Positions 44,989 through 58,560 are shown, counted from the first letter of the stretch. The stretch is 64,000 nucleotides of DNA from Escherichia coli (GCF_002854065.1 NZ_CP024147.1), one strand, 5' to 3'. The notes: a model not told the origin generated them from the letters alone. Program-made: numbers and translations.

Positions 44989-46278
44989 TTATTGGCAAAA
45001 AAATGTTTCATCCTGTACCGCGCGGTTAACCGCTGCGGTCAGACGCTGCAACTGTTGCGGGAGAATAATATAGGGCGGCATCAGGTAAATCAGTTTGCCA
45101 AAAGGCCGGATCCAGACACCCTGTTCGACAAAGAATTTTTGCAGCGCCGCCATATTCACCGGACGAGTGGTTTCGACCACACCGATTGCCCCCAGTACGC
45201 GCACATCGGCAACCATTTCGGCATCACGGGCTGGTGCCAGTTGCTCGCGCAGCTGTACTTCAATAGCCGCCACCTGCTGCTGCCAGTCGCCAGATTCGAG
45301 AATCGCCAGGCTGGCGTTTGCTGCCGCGCAGGCCAGCGGATTACCCATAAAAGTTGGCCCATGCATAAAGCAGCCGGCTTCGCCGTTACTGATGGTTTCC
45401 GCAACCTCGCGCGTGGTGAGCGTGGCGGAAAGGGTCATTGTGCCGCCGGTTAAGGCTTTACCGAGGCACAAAATGTCCGGCGCGATTTCTGCATATTCAC
45501 AGGCAAACAGTTTGCCGGTACGACCAAATCCGGTGGCGATCTCGTCGGCAATCAGCAAGATACCTTCGCGATCGCACATTTTGCGGATTCGTTTTAACCA
45601 TTCCGGATGGTACATGCGCATCCCGCCTGCGCCCTGGACAATCGGTTCAATGATCACCGCCGCGATTTCATGACGATGCGCCGCCATCAGGCGGGCAAAG
45701 CCCACCATATCGCGCTCATCCCATTCACCATCCATGCGGCTTTGCGGGGCGGGAGCAAACAAGTTTTCTGGCAGATAGCCTTTCCACAGGCTGTGCATTG
45801 AGTTGTCCGGATCGCACACCGACATCGCGCCAAAGGTATCGCCATGATAACCATTGCGGAAGGTCAGAAAACGCTGGCGCGCTTCGCCTTTGGCCTGCCA
45901 GTACTGCAACGCCATTTTCATCGCCACTTCCACCGCTACGGAGCCGGAGTCCGCGAGAAAAACGCATTCCAGCGGTTGCGGCGTCATCGCCACCAGTTTG
46001 CGGCACAGCTCAATGGCTGGCGCATGGGTGATACCGCCAAACATCACATGCGACATGGCATCAATTTGCGACTTCATCGCCGCATTAAGCTGCGGGTGAT
46101 TGTAACCGTGGATCGCCGCCCACCAGGACGACATACCGTCAACCAGGCGTCTGCCGTCAGACAAAATTAGCTCGCAACCTTCGGCGCTCGCCACCGGATA
46201 AACCGGTAGCGGGGAGGTCATGGATGTGTATGGGTGCCAGATATGGCGTTGGTCAAAGGCAAGATCGTCCGTTGTCAT
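44989..46278 (-). CDS. bioA: adenosylmethionine-8-amino-7-oxononanoate aminotransferase
   Basis: 429 aa from [20 protein letters not shown]...; track ORF trimmed by 37 codons. Confidence 0.97.
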   Translation of the reverse strand: MTTDDLAFDQRHIWHPYTSMTSPLPVYPVASAEGCELILSDGRRLVDGMSSWWAAIHGYNHPQLNAAMKSQIDAMSHVMFGGITHAPAIELCRKLVAMTPQPLECVFLADSGSVAVEVAMKMALQYWQAKGEARQRFLTFRNGYHGDTFGAMSVCDPDNSMHSLWKGYLPENLFAPAPQSRMDGEWDERDMVGFARLMAAHRHEIAAVIIEPIVQGAGGMRMYHPEWLKRIRKMCDREGILLIADEIATGFGRTGKLFACEYAEIAPDILCLGKALTGGTMTLSATLTTREVAETISNGEAGCFMHGPTFMGNPLACAAANASLAILESGDWQQQVAAIEVQLREQLAPARDAEMVADVRVLGAIGVVETTRPVNMAALQKFFVEQGVWIRPFGKLIYLMPPYIILPQQLQRLTAAVNRAVQDETFFCQ

Positions 46279-46285
46279 AATTGAC

Positions 46286-46320
46286 TTGTAAACCAAATTG
46301 AAAAGATTTAGGTTTACGAG
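46286..46320. promoter_or_regulatory. bio operator (BirA binding site) with divergent bioA / bioBFCD promoters
   Basis: cttgtaaaccaaattgaaaagatttaggtttacgag imperfect palindrome between bioA and bioB. Confidence 0.8.
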
Positions 46321-46364
46321 TCTACACCGAATTAACAACAAAAAACACGTTTTGGAGAAGCCCC

Positions 46365-47405
46365 ATGGCTCACCGCCCACGCTGGACATTGTCGCAAGTC
46401 ACAGAATTATTTGAAAAATCGTTGCTGGATCTGCTGTTTGAAGCGCAGCAGGTGCATCGTCAGCATTTCGATCCTCGTCAGGTACAGGTCAGCACTTTGC
46501 TGTCGATTAAAACCGGAGCTTGTCCGGAAGATTGCAAATACTGCCCGCAAAGCTCGCGCTACAAAACCGGGCTGGAAGCCGAGCGGTTGATGGAAGTTGA
46601 ACAGGTGCTGGAGTCGGCGCGCAAAGCGAAAGCGGCAGGATCGACGCGCTTCTGTATGGGCGCGGCGTGGAAGAATCCCCACGAACGCGATATGCCGTAC
46701 CTGGAACAAATGGTGCAGGGGGTAAAAGCGATGGGGCTGGAGGCGTGTATGACGCTGGGCACGTTGAGTGAATCTCAGGCGCAGCGCCTCGCGAACGCCG
46801 GGCTGGATTACTACAACCACAACCTGGACACCTCGCCGGAGTTTTACGGCAATATCATCACCACCCGCACTTATCAGGAACGCCTCGATACGCTGGAAAA
46901 AGTGCGCGATGCCGGGATCAAAGTCTGTTCTGGCGGCATTGTGGGCTTAGGCGAAACGGTAAAAGATCGCGCCGGATTATTGCTGCAACTGGCAAACCTG
47001 CCGACGCCGCCGGAAAGCGTGCCAATCAATATGCTGGTGAAGGTGAAAGGCACCCCCCTTGCCGATAACGATGATGTCGATGCCTTTGATTTTATTCGCA
47101 CCATTGCCGTAGCGCGGATCATGATGCCGACCTCTTACGTGCGCCTTTCTGCCGGACGCGAGCAGATGAATGAACAGACTCAGGCAATGTGCTTTATGGC
47201 TGGCGCAAACTCGATTTTCTACGGTTGCAAACTACTAACCACGCCGAATCCGGAAGAAGATAAAGACCTGCAACTGTTTCGCAAACTGGGGCTAAATCCG
47301 CAGCAAACTGCCGTGCTGGCAGGGGATAACGAACAACAGCAGCGTCTGGAGCAGGCACTGATGACCCCGGACACTGACGAATATTACAACGCGGCAGCAC
47401 TATGA
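46365..47405 (+). CDS. bioB: biotin synthase
   Basis: 346 aa, radical-SAM motif CPEDCKYC. Confidence 0.97.
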   Translation: MAHRPRWTLSQVTELFEKSLLDLLFEAQQVHRQHFDPRQVQVSTLLSIKTGACPEDCKYCPQSSRYKTGLEAERLMEVEQVLESARKAKAAGSTRFCMGAAWKNPHERDMPYLEQMVQGVKAMGLEACMTLGTLSESQAQRLANAGLDYYNHNLDTSPEFYGNIITTRTYQERLDTLEKVRDAGIKVCSGGIVGLGETVKDRAGLLLQLANLPTPPESVPINMLVKVKGTPLADNDDVDAFDFIRTIAVARIMMPTSYVRLSAGREQMNEQTQAMCFMAGANSIFYGCKLLTTPNPEEDKDLQLFRKLGLNPQQTAVLAGDNEQQQRLEQALMTPDTDEYYNAAAL

Positions 47406-48556
47406 GCTGGCAGGAGAAAATCAACGCGGCGCTCGATGCGCGGCGTGCTGCCGATGCCCTGCGTCGCCGTTATCCAGTGGCGCAAGGAGCCGGACGCTGG
47501 CTGGTGGCGGATGATCGCCAGTATCTGAACTTTTCCAGTAACGATTATTTAGGTTTAAGCCATCATCCGCAAATTATCCGTGCCTGGAAGCAGGGGGCGG
47601 AGCAATTTGGCGTCGGTAGCGGCGGTTCCGGTCACGTCAGCGGTTATAGCGTGGCGCATCAGGCGCTGGAAGAAGAACTGGCCGAGTGGCTGGGCTATTC
47701 GCGGGCACTGCTGTTTATCTCTGGTTTTGCCGCTAATCAGGCGGTCATTGCCGCGATGATGGCAAAAGAGGACCGCATTGTCGCTGACCGGCTAAGCCAT
47801 GCCTCATTGCTGGAGGCTGCCAGTTTAAGCCCGTCGCAGCTTCGCCGTTTTGTTCATAACGATGTCACTCATCTGGCGCGACTGCTTGCTTCCCCCTGTC
47901 CGGGGCAGCAACTGGTGGTGACAGAAGGCGTGTTCAGCATGGACGGCGATAGTGCGCCACTGGGGGAAATCCAGCAGGTAACGCAACAGCACAATGGCTG
48001 GTTGATGGTCGATGATGCCCACGGCACGGGCGTTATCGGGGAGCAGGGGCGCGGCAGCTGCTGGCTGCAAAAGGTAAAACCAGAATTGCTGGTAGTGACT
48101 TTTGGCAAAGGATTTGGCGTCAGCGGGGCAGCGGTGCTTTGCTCCAGTACGGTGGCGGATTATCTGCTGCAATTCGCCCGCCATCTTATCTACAGCACCA
48201 GTATGCCGCCCGCTCAGGCGCAGGCATTACGTGCGTCACTGGCGGTCATTTGCAGTGATGAGGGTGATGCACGGCGCGAAAAACTGGCGGCACTCATTAC
48301 GCGTTTTCGTGCCGGAGTACAGGATTTGCCGTTTACGCTTGCTGATTCATGCAGCGCCATCCAGCCATTGATCGTCGGTGATAACAGCCGTGCGTTACAA
48401 CTGGCAGAAAAACTGCGCCAGCAAGGCTGCTGGGTCACGGCGATTCGCCCGCCAACCGTACCCGCTGGTACTGCGCGACTGCGCTTAACACTAACCTCCG
48501 CGCATGAAATGCAGGATATCGACCGTCTGCTGGAGGTGCTGCATGGCAACGGTTAA
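47402..48556 (+). CDS. bioF: 8-amino-7-oxononanoate synthase
   Basis: 384 aa; 4-nt overlap with bioB. Confidence 0.97.
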   Translation: MSWQEKINAALDARRAADALRRRYPVAQGAGRWLVADDRQYLNFSSNDYLGLSHHPQIIRAWKQGAEQFGVGSGGSGHVSGYSVAHQALEEELAEWLGYSRALLFISGFAANQAVIAAMMAKEDRIVADRLSHASLLEAASLSPSQLRRFVHNDVTHLARLLASPCPGQQLVVTEGVFSMDGDSAPLGEIQQVTQQHNGWLMVDDAHGTGVIGEQGRGSCWLQKVKPELLVVTFGKGFGVSGAAVLCSSTVADYLLQFARHLIYSTSMPPAQAQALRASLAVICSDEGDARREKLAALITRFRAGVQDLPFTLADSCSAIQPLIVGDNSRALQLAEKLRQQGCWVTAIRPPTVPAGTARLRLTLTSAHEMQDIDRLLEVLHGNG

Positions 48557-49298
48557 TAAACAAGCCATTGCAGCGGCATTTGGTCGGGCAGCCGCGCACT
48601 ATGAGCAACACGCAGAGTTACAGCGCCAGAGTGCTGACGTCTTACTGGCAATGCTCCCACTGCGTAAATACACCCACGTACTGGACGCGGGGTGTGGGCC
48701 AGGCTGGATGAGCCGCCACTGGCGAGAGCGTCACGCGCAGGTGACGGCGTTAGATCTCTCGCCGCCAATGCTTGCGCAAGCCCGCCATAAAGATGCCGCA
48801 GATCATTATCTGGCGGGAGATATCGAATCCCTGCCGTTAGCGACTGCGACGTTCGATCTTGCATGGAGCAATCTCGCGGTGCAGTGGTGCGGTAATTTAT
48901 CCACGGCACTCCGCGAGCTGTATCGGGTGGTGCACCCCGGAGGCGTGGTCGCGTTTACCACGCTGGTGCAGGGATCGTTACCCGAACTGCATCAGGCGTG
49001 GCAGGCGGTGGACGAGCGCCCGCATGCTAATCGCTTTTTATCGCCAGATGAAATCGAACAGTCACTGAACGGCGTGCATTATCGACATCATATTCAGCCC
49101 ATCACGCTGTGGTTTGATGATGCGCTCAGTGCCATGCGTTCGCTGAAAGGCATCGGTGCCACGCATCTTCATGAAGGGCGCGACCAGCGAATATTAACGC
49201 GTTCACAGTTGCAGCGATTGCAACTGGCCTGGCCGCAACAACAGGGGCGATATCCTCTGACGTATTATCTTTTTTTGGGAGTGATTGTTCGTGAGTAA
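48543..49298 (+). CDS. bioC: malonyl-ACP O-methyltransferase
   Basis: 251 aa from [24 protein letters not shown]...; overlaps bioF 3' end by 14 nt. Confidence 0.95.
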   Translation: MATVNKQAIAAAFGRAAAHYEQHAELQRQSADVLLAMLPLRKYTHVLDAGCGPGWMSRHWRERHAQVTALDLSPPMLAQARHKDAADHYLAGDIESLPLATATFDLAWSNLAVQWCGNLSTALRELYRVVHPGGVVAFTTLVQGSLPELHQAWQAVDERPHANRFLSPDEIEQSLNGVHYRHHIQPITLWFDDALSAMRSLKGIGATHLHEGRDQRILTRSQLQRLQLAWPQQQGRYPLTYYLFLGVIVRE

Positions 49299-49968
49299 AC
49301 GTTATTTTGTCACCGGAACGGATACCGAAGTGGGGAAAACTGTCGCCAGTTGTGCACTTTTACAAGCCGCAAAGGCAGCAGGCTATCGGACGGCAGGTTA
49401 TAAACCGGTCGCCTCTGGCAGCGAAAAGACCCCGGAGGGTTTACGTAATAGTGACGCGCTGGCGTTACAGCGCAACAGCAGCCTTCAGCTGGATTATGCA
49501 ACGGTAAATCCTTACACCTTCGCAGAACCCACCTCACCGCACATCATCAGCGCGCAAGAGGGCAGGCCGATAGAATCATCGGTAATGAGCTCCGGATTAC
49601 GCGCGCTTGAACAACAGGCTGACTGGGTGTTAGTGGAAGGCGCTGGCGGCTGGTTTACGCCCCTTTCTGACACTTTCACTTTTGCGGATTGGGTAACACA
49701 GGAACAACTGCCGGTAATACTGGTGGTTGGCGTGAAACTTGGCTGCATTAATCACGCGATGTTGACGGCACAGGCGATACAACACGCCGGGCTGACTCTG
49801 GCGGGTTGGGTGGCGAACGATGTCACGCCTCCGGGAAAACGTCACGCTGAATATATGACCACGCTCACCCGCATGATTCCCGCGCCGCTGCTGGGAGAGA
49901 TCCCCTGGCTTGCAGAAAATCCAGAAAATGCGGCAACCGGAAAGTACATAAACCTTGCCTTGTTGTAG
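49291..49968 (+). CDS. bioD: dethiobiotin synthetase
   Basis: 225 aa, GTG start, [20 protein letters not shown]... (P-loop). Confidence 0.95.
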   Translation: MSKRYFVTGTDTEVGKTVASCALLQAAKAAGYRTAGYKPVASGSEKTPEGLRNSDALALQRNSSLQLDYATVNPYTFAEPTSPHIISAQEGRPIESSVMSSGLRALEQQADWVLVEGAGGWFTPLSDTFTFADWVTQEQLPVILVVGVKLGCINHAMLTAQAIQHAGLTLAGWVANDVTPPGKRHAEYMTTLTRMIPAPLLGEIPWLAENPENAATGKYINLALL

Positions 49969-50127
49969 CCATCCTGTATTTGGTTAAATTGCGAGCGAGA
50001 TCGCGTCTTCGATTGACTGCAATTTAACCAATTAAATTCTAAAATAATCACGAAAAAAATTTTACTTCCGCATCATGCGGCGAATGTGGGAATTGCCCAA
50101 GCGGCGGGGGATAGGGGCTGCAGACAG

Positions 50128-50150
50128 TTATCCACTATTCCTGTGGATAA
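50128..50150. promoter_or_regulatory. inverted pair of DnaA boxes upstream of uvrB
   Basis: ttatccact ... tgtggataa; the second is the reverse complement of consensus TTATCCACA. Confidence 0.6.
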
Positions 50151-50454
50151 CCATGTGTATTAGAGTTAGAAAACACGAGGCAAGCGAGAGAATACGCGGC
50201 TTGCACGCGAATTGGCGTTAAAGACGGCTCAAAGAAATATCTTTTATTTTTTAACTGGTTAGATAATTGCAATGGCAGTCACTGAACAGGCATCTCTTGC
50301 CATAAAACTGACATCACTCATCTTGACAAATGTTAAAAAAGCCGTTGCTTTGGGGATAACCCGGTAAGGTCCGAGTTTTATCTCGCCACAGAGTAAATTT
50401 TGCTCATGATTGACAGCGGAGTTTACGCTGTATCAGAAATATTATGGTGATGAA

Positions 50455-50470
50455 CTGTTTTTTTATCCAG
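50455..50470 (+). promoter_or_regulatory. LexA (SOS) box of uvrB
   Basis: ctgtttttttatccag = CTG-N10-CAG, about 75 bp upstream of uvrB. Confidence 0.8.
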
Positions 50471-50546
50471 TATAATTTGTTGGCATAATTAAGTACGACG
50501 AGTAAAATTACATACCTGCCCGCCCAACTCCTTCAGGTAGCGACTC

Positions 50547-52568
50547 ATGAGTAAACCGTTCAAACTGAATTCCGCTTTTAAACCTTCTGGCGATCAGCCA
50601 GAGGCGATTCGACGTCTCGAAGAGGGGCTGGAAGATGGCCTGGCGCACCAGACGTTACTTGGTGTGACTGGTTCCGGGAAAACCTTCACCATTGCCAATG
50701 TCATTGCTGACCTTCAGCGCCCTACCATGGTACTTGCGCCCAACAAAACGCTGGCGGCCCAGCTGTATGGCGAAATGAAAGAGTTCTTCCCGGAAAACGC
50801 GGTGGAATATTTCGTCTCCTACTACGACTACTATCAGCCAGAAGCCTATGTACCGAGTTCCGACACCTTCATTGAGAAAGATGCCTCGGTAAACGAACAT
50901 ATCGAACAGATGCGTTTGTCCGCCACCAAAGCGATGCTGGAGCGGCGTGATGTGGTTGTGGTCGCGTCTGTTTCCGCGATTTATGGTCTGGGCGATCCTG
51001 ATTTATATCTCAAGATGATGCTCCATCTCACGGTCGGTATGATTATCGATCAGCGCGCGATTCTGCGCCGACTGGCGGAGCTACAATACGCTCGTAATGA
51101 TCAAGCATTCCAGCGTGGTACTTTCCGTGTTCGTGGCGAGGTGATTGATATCTTCCCGGCAGAATCGGATGACATTGCACTTCGCGTGGAACTGTTTGAC
51201 GAGGAAGTGGAACGATTGTCGTTATTTGACCCGCTAACCGGGCAGATTGTTTCCACCATTCCACGTTTTACCATCTACCCGAAAACGCACTACGTCACAC
51301 CGCGCGAGCGCATCGTACAGGCGATGGAGGAGATCAAAGAAGAGCTGGCCGCCAGACGCAAAGTGCTATTGGAAAACAACAAACTGCTGGAAGAGCAGCG
51401 GCTGACCCAGCGTACCCAGTTTGATCTGGAGATGATGAACGAGCTGGGCTACTGTTCGGGGATTGAAAACTACTCGCGCTTCCTCTCCGGTCGTGGACCG
51501 GGTGAGCCACCGCCGACGCTGTTTGATTACCTGCCTGCCGATGGGCTGCTGGTGGTCGATGAATCTCACGTCACCATTCCACAAATTGGCGGCATGTATC
51601 GCGGTGACCGGGCGCGTAAAGAGACACTGGTGGAGTACGGCTTCCGCCTGCCATCAGCGCTGGATAACCGTCCGCTGAAATTTGAAGAGTTCGAAGCATT
51701 AGCGCCGCAAACCATCTATGTTTCGGCGACGCCAGGTAATTATGAGCTGGAAAAATCCGGCGGCGATGTGGTGGATCAGGTGGTGCGTCCAACCGGATTG
51801 CTTGATCCGATTATCGAAGTGCGGCCAGTGGCGACACAGGTTGATGATCTTCTTTCGGAGATTCGTCAGCGAGCGGCAATTAACGAACGCGTACTGGTCA
51901 CCACACTGACCAAGCGAATGGCGGAAGATCTTACCGAATATCTCGAAGAACACGGTGAGCGCGTGCGTTATCTTCACTCAGATATCGACACCGTCGAGCG
52001 TATGGAGATTATCCGCGACTTGCGTCTGGGTGAGTTCGACGTGCTGGTGGGGATCAACTTACTGCGCGAAGGTCTGGATATGCCGGAAGTTTCGCTGGTG
52101 GCGATCCTCGACGCTGACAAAGAAGGCTTCCTGCGTTCTGAACGTTCGTTGATCCAGACCATTGGTCGTGCGGCACGTAACGTTAACGGTAAAGCGATTC
52201 TCTACGGCGATAAGATCACCCCATCAATGGCGAAAGCGATTGGCGAAACCGAACGTCGCCGCGAGAAACAGCAGAAGTACAACGAGGAACACGGCATTAC
52301 GCCGCAAGGCTTGAACAAGAAAGTGGTCGATATCCTGGCGTTGGGGCAGAACATTGCTAAAACCAAAGCGAAGGGCAGAGGAAAATCGCGCCCGATTGTT
52401 GAGCCGGATAATGTGCCGATGGATATGTCGCCTAAAGCGTTGCAGCAGAAGATCCATGAACTGGAAGGGTTGATGATGCAACACGCGCAAAATCTGGAGT
52501 TCGAAGAAGCGGCACAAATTCGTGACCAGTTGCATCAGTTGCGTGAATTGTTTATCGCGGCTTCGTGA
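50547..52568 (+). CDS. uvrB: excinuclease ABC subunit B
   Basis: 673 aa, [48 protein letters not shown]... Confidence 0.98.
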
Positions 52569-52605
52569 CAGGATAACGAAGAAGACAGATGACAAAAGCA
52601 AAATT

Positions 52606-52701
52606 GCCTGATGTGCTACGCTTATCAGGCCTACATGATTCTGCAATACATTGAATTAGCGCGGTTTGTAGGCCGGATAAGGCGTTCACGCCGCATCCGG
52701 C
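52606..52701. repeat. REP elements (two units)
   Basis: gcctgatgtgctacgcttatcaggcctac and gtaggccggataaggcgttcacgccgcatccggc between uvrB and ybhK. Confidence 0.75.
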
Positions 52702-52758
52702 ATAAACAACGCGCACTTTGTCTTCAATAGGAAGCCGGAATTTTCCTTCGGATTTCCG

Positions 52759-53727
<969 letters not shown>

Positions 53728-53864
53728 TTAACCTGCCAATATTGAGGATACAAACTATTTTCTTCTACCTCTAAAGGACGATGTGCGCTATGCCTCCCTG
53801 ATGATGTATATCAAAGTAAAACCGCCATTTTCCCTTATTCTGTAGCGAAATAGCACGATCATGA

Positions 53865-53888
53865 CGCTATATACATGATTACATAGCG
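53865..53888 (+). promoter_or_regulatory. ModE-type operator in moaA promoter region
   Basis: cgctatat-acatgat-tacatagcg has the same half-sites as the modA operator at 32160..32183. Confidence 0.55.
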
Positions 53889-53919
53889 AAAGTGTGGATG
53901 GTAAAAATCTCGTTTACAC

Positions 53920-54060
53920 GCTAGTATCGGCTTAACCACTAAACACTCTAGCCTCTGCACCTGGGTCAACTGATACGGTGCTTTGGCCGTGACAATGCTC
54001 GTAAAGATTGCCACCAGGGCGAAGGAAGAAATGACTTCGCCTCCCGTATCTGGAAAGGTG
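53920..54060 (+). promoter_or_regulatory. moaA 5' leader, presumed molybdenum-cofactor (Moco) riboswitch
   Basis: About 140-nt structured leader before moaA; the E. coli moaA leader is known to carry the Moco RNA motif; boundaries approximate. Confidence 0.5.
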
Positions 54061-54063
54061 TAC

Positions 54064-55053
54064 ATGGCTTCACAACTGACTGATGCATTTGCGCGTAAGT
54101 TTTACTACTTGCGCCTGTCGATTACCGATGTGTGTAACTTTCGTTGCACCTACTGCCTGCCGGATGGCTACAAACCGAGCGGCGTCACCAATAAAGGCTT
54201 TCTGACCGTCGATGAAATTCGCCGGGTTACGCGCGCCTTCGCCAGTCTGGGCACCGAAAAAGTCCGTCTGACAGGTGGTGAGCCGTCTTTACGCCGCGAC
54301 TTTACCGATATCATCGCCGCTGTGCGAGAAAATGACGCTATCCGCCAGATTGCGGTCACCACCAATGGTTACCGTCTGGAACGCGATGTGGCGAACTGGC
54401 GCGATGCTGGACTTACTGGCATCAACGTCAGCGTTGATAGTCTGGACGCCCGCCAGTTTCACGCTATTACCGGGCAGGATAAATTCAACCAGGTGATGGC
54501 AGGGATTGATGCTGCATTTGAGGCTGGTTTTGAGAAGGTCAAAGTCAATACCGTGCTGATGCGTGATGTGAATCATCACCAGCTCGACACCTTTCTGAAC
54601 TGGATCCAGCATCGCCCTATCCAGCTGCGTTTCATCGAACTGATGGAAACGGGCGAGGGCAGCGAGCTCTTCCGTAAGCATCACATCTCTGGTCAGGTTC
54701 TGCGTGACGAGCTACTGCGTCGCGGCTGGATCCACCAATTACGTCAACGCAGCGACGGTCCCGCGCAAGTCTTTTGTCATCCGGATTACGCCGGAGAGAT
54801 TGGCCTTATCATGCCGTATGAAAAAGACTTCTGCGCCACTTGCAACCGTCTGCGCGTTTCCTCCATTGGTAAACTCCATCTCTGCCTGTTTGGTGAAGGC
54901 GGCGTTAACCTGCGCGATCTGCTGGAAGACGATACCCAGCAACAGGCGCTGGAAGCGCGTATTTCAGCGGCGCTGCGGGAGAAGAAACAGACCCATTTCC
55001 TGCATCAAAACAACACCGGTATTACGCAAAACTTATCGTACATTGGCGGCTAA
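54064..55053 (+). CDS. moaA: GTP 3',8-cyclase (radical SAM)
   Basis: 329 aa from [31 protein letters not shown]...; track ORF trimmed by 27 codons. Confidence 0.97.
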
Positions 55054-55074
55054 AACGTCAAAAGGAGAGATCAG

Positions 55075-55587
55075 ATGAGTCAGGTAAGCACTGAATTTAT
55101 CCCGACCCGTATTGCTATTCTTACGGTTTCTAATCGTCGCGGTGAAGAAGACGATACCTCCGGTCACTATTTGCGCGATTCGGCGCAAGAAGCGGGCCAT
55201 CACGTTGTCGATAAAGCCATTGTGAAAGAAAACCGCTACGCTATTCGCGCTCAGGTATCTGCGTGGATCGCCAGCGACGATGTACAAGTGGTGTTGATTA
55301 CGGGGGGGACTGGCCTGACGGAAGGTGATCAGGCTCCCGAAGCATTGCTGCCGTTGTTCGACCGTGAAGTTGAAGGTTTTGGTGAAGTGTTCCGTATGTT
55401 GTCGTTTGAAGAGATTGGCACTTCCACGTTGCAATCTCGTGCGGTAGCGGGCGTCGCTAACAAAACGCTGATTTTCGCCATGCCGGGTTCGACCAAAGCG
55501 TGCCGTACCGCATGGGAAAATATCATCGCGCCGCAGCTGGATGCCCGTACGCGTCCGTGTAATTTCCATCCACATTTGAAGAAATAA
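55075..55587 (+). CDS. moaB: molybdenum cofactor biosynthesis protein B
   Basis: 170 aa, [33 protein letters not shown]... Confidence 0.97.
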
Positions 55588-55589
55588 GT

Positions 55590-56075
55590 ATGTCGCAACT
55601 GACCCATATCAACGCCGCTGGCGAAGCGCACATGGTGGATGTCTCCGCCAAAGCGGAAACCGTGCGTGAAGCGCGGGCGGAAGCCTTTGTCACCATGCGC
55701 AGCGAGACGCTGGCGATGATTATTGATGGTCGCCACCACAAAGGCGACGTATTTGCCACTGCGCGTATTGCCGGTATTCAGGCGGCAAAACGCACCTGGG
55801 ATCTGATCCCGCTGTGTCATCCGCTGATGCTCAGCAAAGTTGAAGTCAATTTACAGGCCGAGCCGGAGCACAATCGGGTGCGTATAGAAACCTTATGCCG
55901 CCTGACCGGGAAAACCGGTGTCGAAATGGAAGCGTTAACCGCGGCCTCCGTGGCGGCGCTGACCATTTATGACATGTGCAAAGCGGTGCAAAAAGATATG
56001 GTGATTGGTCCGGTACGTTTGTTGGCAAAGAGCGGCGGCAAGTCAGGTGACTTTAAGGTGGAAGCGGATGATTAA
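55590..56075 (+). CDS. moaC: cyclic pyranopterin monophosphate synthase
   Basis: 161 aa, [21 protein letters not shown]... Confidence 0.97.
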
Positions 56076-56313
56076 AGTTCTTTTTTTCGCCCAGGTGCGC
56101 GAGTTGGTGGGAACAGATGCAACCGAAGTGGCTGCGGATTTCCCAACCGTTGAAGCGTTACGCCAGCACCTGGCTGCGCAGAGTGATCGCTGGGCGCTGG
56201 CGCTGGAAGATGGCAAATTACTGGCTGCCGTCAACCAGACGCTGGTGAGTTTTGACCATCCGCTGACTGACGGCGACGAAGTAGCTTTCTTCCCGCCGGT
56301 AACCGGAGGTTAA
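56068..56313 (+). CDS. moaD: molybdopterin synthase sulfur-carrier subunit
   Basis: 81 aa from [17 protein letters not shown]... ending in GG; overlaps moaC 3' end. Confidence 0.95.
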
Positions 56314-56314
56314 G

Positions 56315-56767
56315 ATGGCAGAAACCAAAATTGTTGTCGGTCCGCAGCCGTTCAGCGTAGGAGAAGAGTACCCGTGGCTGGCGGAGCGTGACGAAGACGG
56401 TGCGGTAGTCACCTTTACCGGTAAGGTGCGCAACCATAACCTGGGCGACAGCGTCAAAGCATTAACCCTCGAACACTATCCGGGGATGACTGAAAAAGCA
56501 CTGGCAGAAATTGTCGATGAAGCGCGTAACCGCTGGCCGCTTGGGCGCGTCACGGTGATTCACCGCATCGGGGAATTATGGCCGGGCGATGAAATTGTTT
56601 TTGTCGGTGTCACCAGTGCGCATCGCAGCAGTGCGTTTGAAGCCGGGCAGTTTATTATGGATTATCTCAAAACCCGCGCACCGTTCTGGAAGCGCGAAGC
56701 CACGCCTGAAGGCGACCGCTGGGTCGAAGCTCGGGAGAGCGATCAGCAGGCAGCAAAACGCTGGTAG
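56315..56767 (+). CDS. moaE: molybdopterin synthase catalytic subunit
   Basis: 150 aa, MAETKIVVGPQPFSVGEEYPWLAERDEDGAVVTFTGKVRNHN... Confidence 0.97.
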   Translation: MAETKIVVGPQPFSVGEEYPWLAERDEDGAVVTFTGKVRNHNLGDSVKALTLEHYPGMTEKALAEIVDEARNRWPLGRVTVIHRIGELWPGDEIVFVGVTSAHRSSAFEAGQFIMDYLKTRAPFWKREATPEGDRWVEARESDQQAAKRW

Positions 56768-56777
56768 TTTTTTGTTA

Positions 56778-56804
56778 GCCGGATAAGGCACCGCTGCATC
56801 CGGC
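56778..56804. repeat. REP element
   Basis: gccggataaggcaccgctgcatccggc just after moaE. Confidence 0.7.
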
Positions 56805-56903
56805 AATTTTGCCGCTCAGTACATGCGTTTACGCTGCGTCGATGCACAGCCTCATCATTTTGCAGTATCCTTAAGATATTCCTTATATCTTCAGGAGATC
56901 GTC

Positions 56904-57608
56904 ATGGACAGATTCCCACGTTCTGATTCAATTGTACAACCCCGGGCTGGCTTGCAAACTTATATGGCGCAAGTCTATGGCTGTATGACTGTTGGCTTGT
57001 TGCTGACCGCATTTGTTGCCTGGTATGCGGCTAATTCTGCGGCAGTGACGGAGCTGTTATTCACTAACCGTGTCTTTTTAATCGGTCTGATCATCGCGCA
57101 ATTAGCATTGGTTATTGTGTTATCAGCGATGATTCAAAAGCTGAGCGCAGGTGTAACGACGATGCTCTTTATGCTTTATTCGGCGCTGACGGGTCTTACG
57201 CTTTCCAGTATTTTCATTGTTTATACCGCTGCTTCTATCGCCAGTACTTTCGTCGTTACTGCTGGGATGTTCGGCGCAATGAGCCTGTATGGTTACACCA
57301 CGAAGCGCGATCTAAGCGGCTTTGGCAATATGCTGTTTATGGCGTTAATCGGCATTGTGCTGGCATCGCTGGTCAACTTCTGGCTGAAAAGCGAAGCGTT
57401 GATGTGGGCGGTTACCTACATCGGCGTGATTGTCTTTGTCGGATTGACGGCGTATGACACGCAGAAACTGAAAAATATGGGTGAGCAGATTGATACCCGC
57501 GACACGTCGAACCTGCGCAAATATTCCATTCTTGGCGCGCTAACCTTGTATCTGGACTTCATCAACCTGTTCCTGATGTTGTTGCGGATCTTCGGCAACC
57601 GCCGTTAA
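56904..57608 (+). CDS. ybhL: BAX-inhibitor-1-family inner membrane protein YbhL
   Basis: 234 aa from MDRFPRSDSIVQPRAGLQTYMAQVYG... (AGGAG RBS); track ORF trimmed by 27 codons. Confidence 0.93.
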   Translation: MDRFPRSDSIVQPRAGLQTYMAQVYGCMTVGLLLTAFVAWYAANSAAVTELLFTNRVFLIGLIIAQLALVIVLSAMIQKLSAGVTTMLFMLYSALTGLTLSSIFIVYTAASIASTFVVTAGMFGAMSLYGYTTKRDLSGFGNMLFMALIGIVLASLVNFWLKSEALMWAVTYIGVIVFVGLTAYDTQKLKNMGEQIDTRDTSNLRKYSILGALTLYLDFINLFLMLLRIFGNRR

Positions 57609-57626
57609 TTCTTTTTCACCATCAAT

Positions 57627-57653
57627 ATCCCGGCCATGTGTCGGGATTTTTTC
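57627..57653 (+). terminator. rho-independent terminator after ybhL
   Basis: atcccg-gccatgtgt-cgggat hairpin followed by tttttt. Confidence 0.6.
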
Positions 57654-57811
57654 TTACTAAAAACGACACTTAACAAGTACCAGGTATAAAATATGCCTTA
57701 TGAGCGAGCGGAATCGTTTTCCGTATCCATAAATACAAAAGTATTTTGTATGCGTGGTTTTAAATTTATTGATGGTGAATATTAATATTTTCTCTAAGGA
57801 CAACTAAAAGA

Positions 57812-58525
57812 ATGGAATCATACTCACAAAACAGCAATAAATTAGATTTTCAGCACGAGGCCAGGATATTAAATGGTATATGGCTCATTACCGCTTTAGG
57901 TTTGGTGGCAACCGCAGGACTGGCTTGGGGAGCTAAGTATCTCGAAATTACGGCAACCAAATATGATTCACCAACAATGTATGTCGCTATAGGGTTATTA
58001 TTACTTTGTATGTATAGCTTAAGTAAGGATATCAACAAGATAAATGCCGCCATCGCAGGCGTAATATATCTGTTTTTACTCTCTTTGGTGGCGATTGTCG
58101 TTGCTAGTTTAGCTCCTGTACCTGCCATTATCGTCGTGTTCAGCACTGCGGGCGCGATGTTTTTAATCAGTATGCTGGCCGGTTTATTATTTAATATTGA
58201 TTCTGGTTCTCACCGTTTTATGATTATGATGACGTTGACAGGGTTGGCCCTGGTGATCATCGTGAATGCCGCATTAATGAGTGAACGGCCCATTTGGGTA
58301 ATAAGTTGCTTAATGATTGTGTTATGGTCAGGCATTATCTCGCATGGACGAAATAAGCTCCTTGAATTGGCGGGGAAATGCCATAGTGAAGAGTTGTGGA
58401 GTCCGGTTCGTTGCGCTGTTACAGGTGCATTAACACTCTATTACTATTTTATCGGCTTCTTTGGGATTTTTGCAGCAATAGCGATAACGCTTGTCTGGCA
58501 AAGGCATACGCGTTTTTTTCATTAG
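57812..58525 (+). CDS. ybhM: inner membrane protein YbhM (BI-1-like)
   Basis: 237-aa polytopic membrane ORF. Confidence 0.9.
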   Translation: MESYSQNSNKLDFQHEARILNGIWLITALGLVATAGLAWGAKYLEITATKYDSPTMYVAIGLLLLCMYSLSKDINKINAAIAGVIYLFLLSLVAIVVASLAPVPAIIVVFSTAGAMFLISMLAGLLFNIDSGSHRFMIMMTLTGLALVIIVNAALMSERPIWVISCLMIVLWSGIISHGRNKLLELAGKCHSEELWSPVRCAVTGALTLYYYFIGFFGIFAAIAITLVWQRHTRFFH

Positions 58526-58560
58526 TCGTAAATGCACATACTAAAGAACTTAACTAAACT

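Noticed and set aside
53983-55053. Extended N-termini in the ORF track for moaA (and likewise galE, modF, ybhA, ybhD, bioA, ybhK, ybhL, ybhJ, gpmA, pal, bioC, moaD)
   Set aside because: Internal Met codons match the known protein N-termini and have better RBS spacing; the extensions run through promoter or leader sequence.
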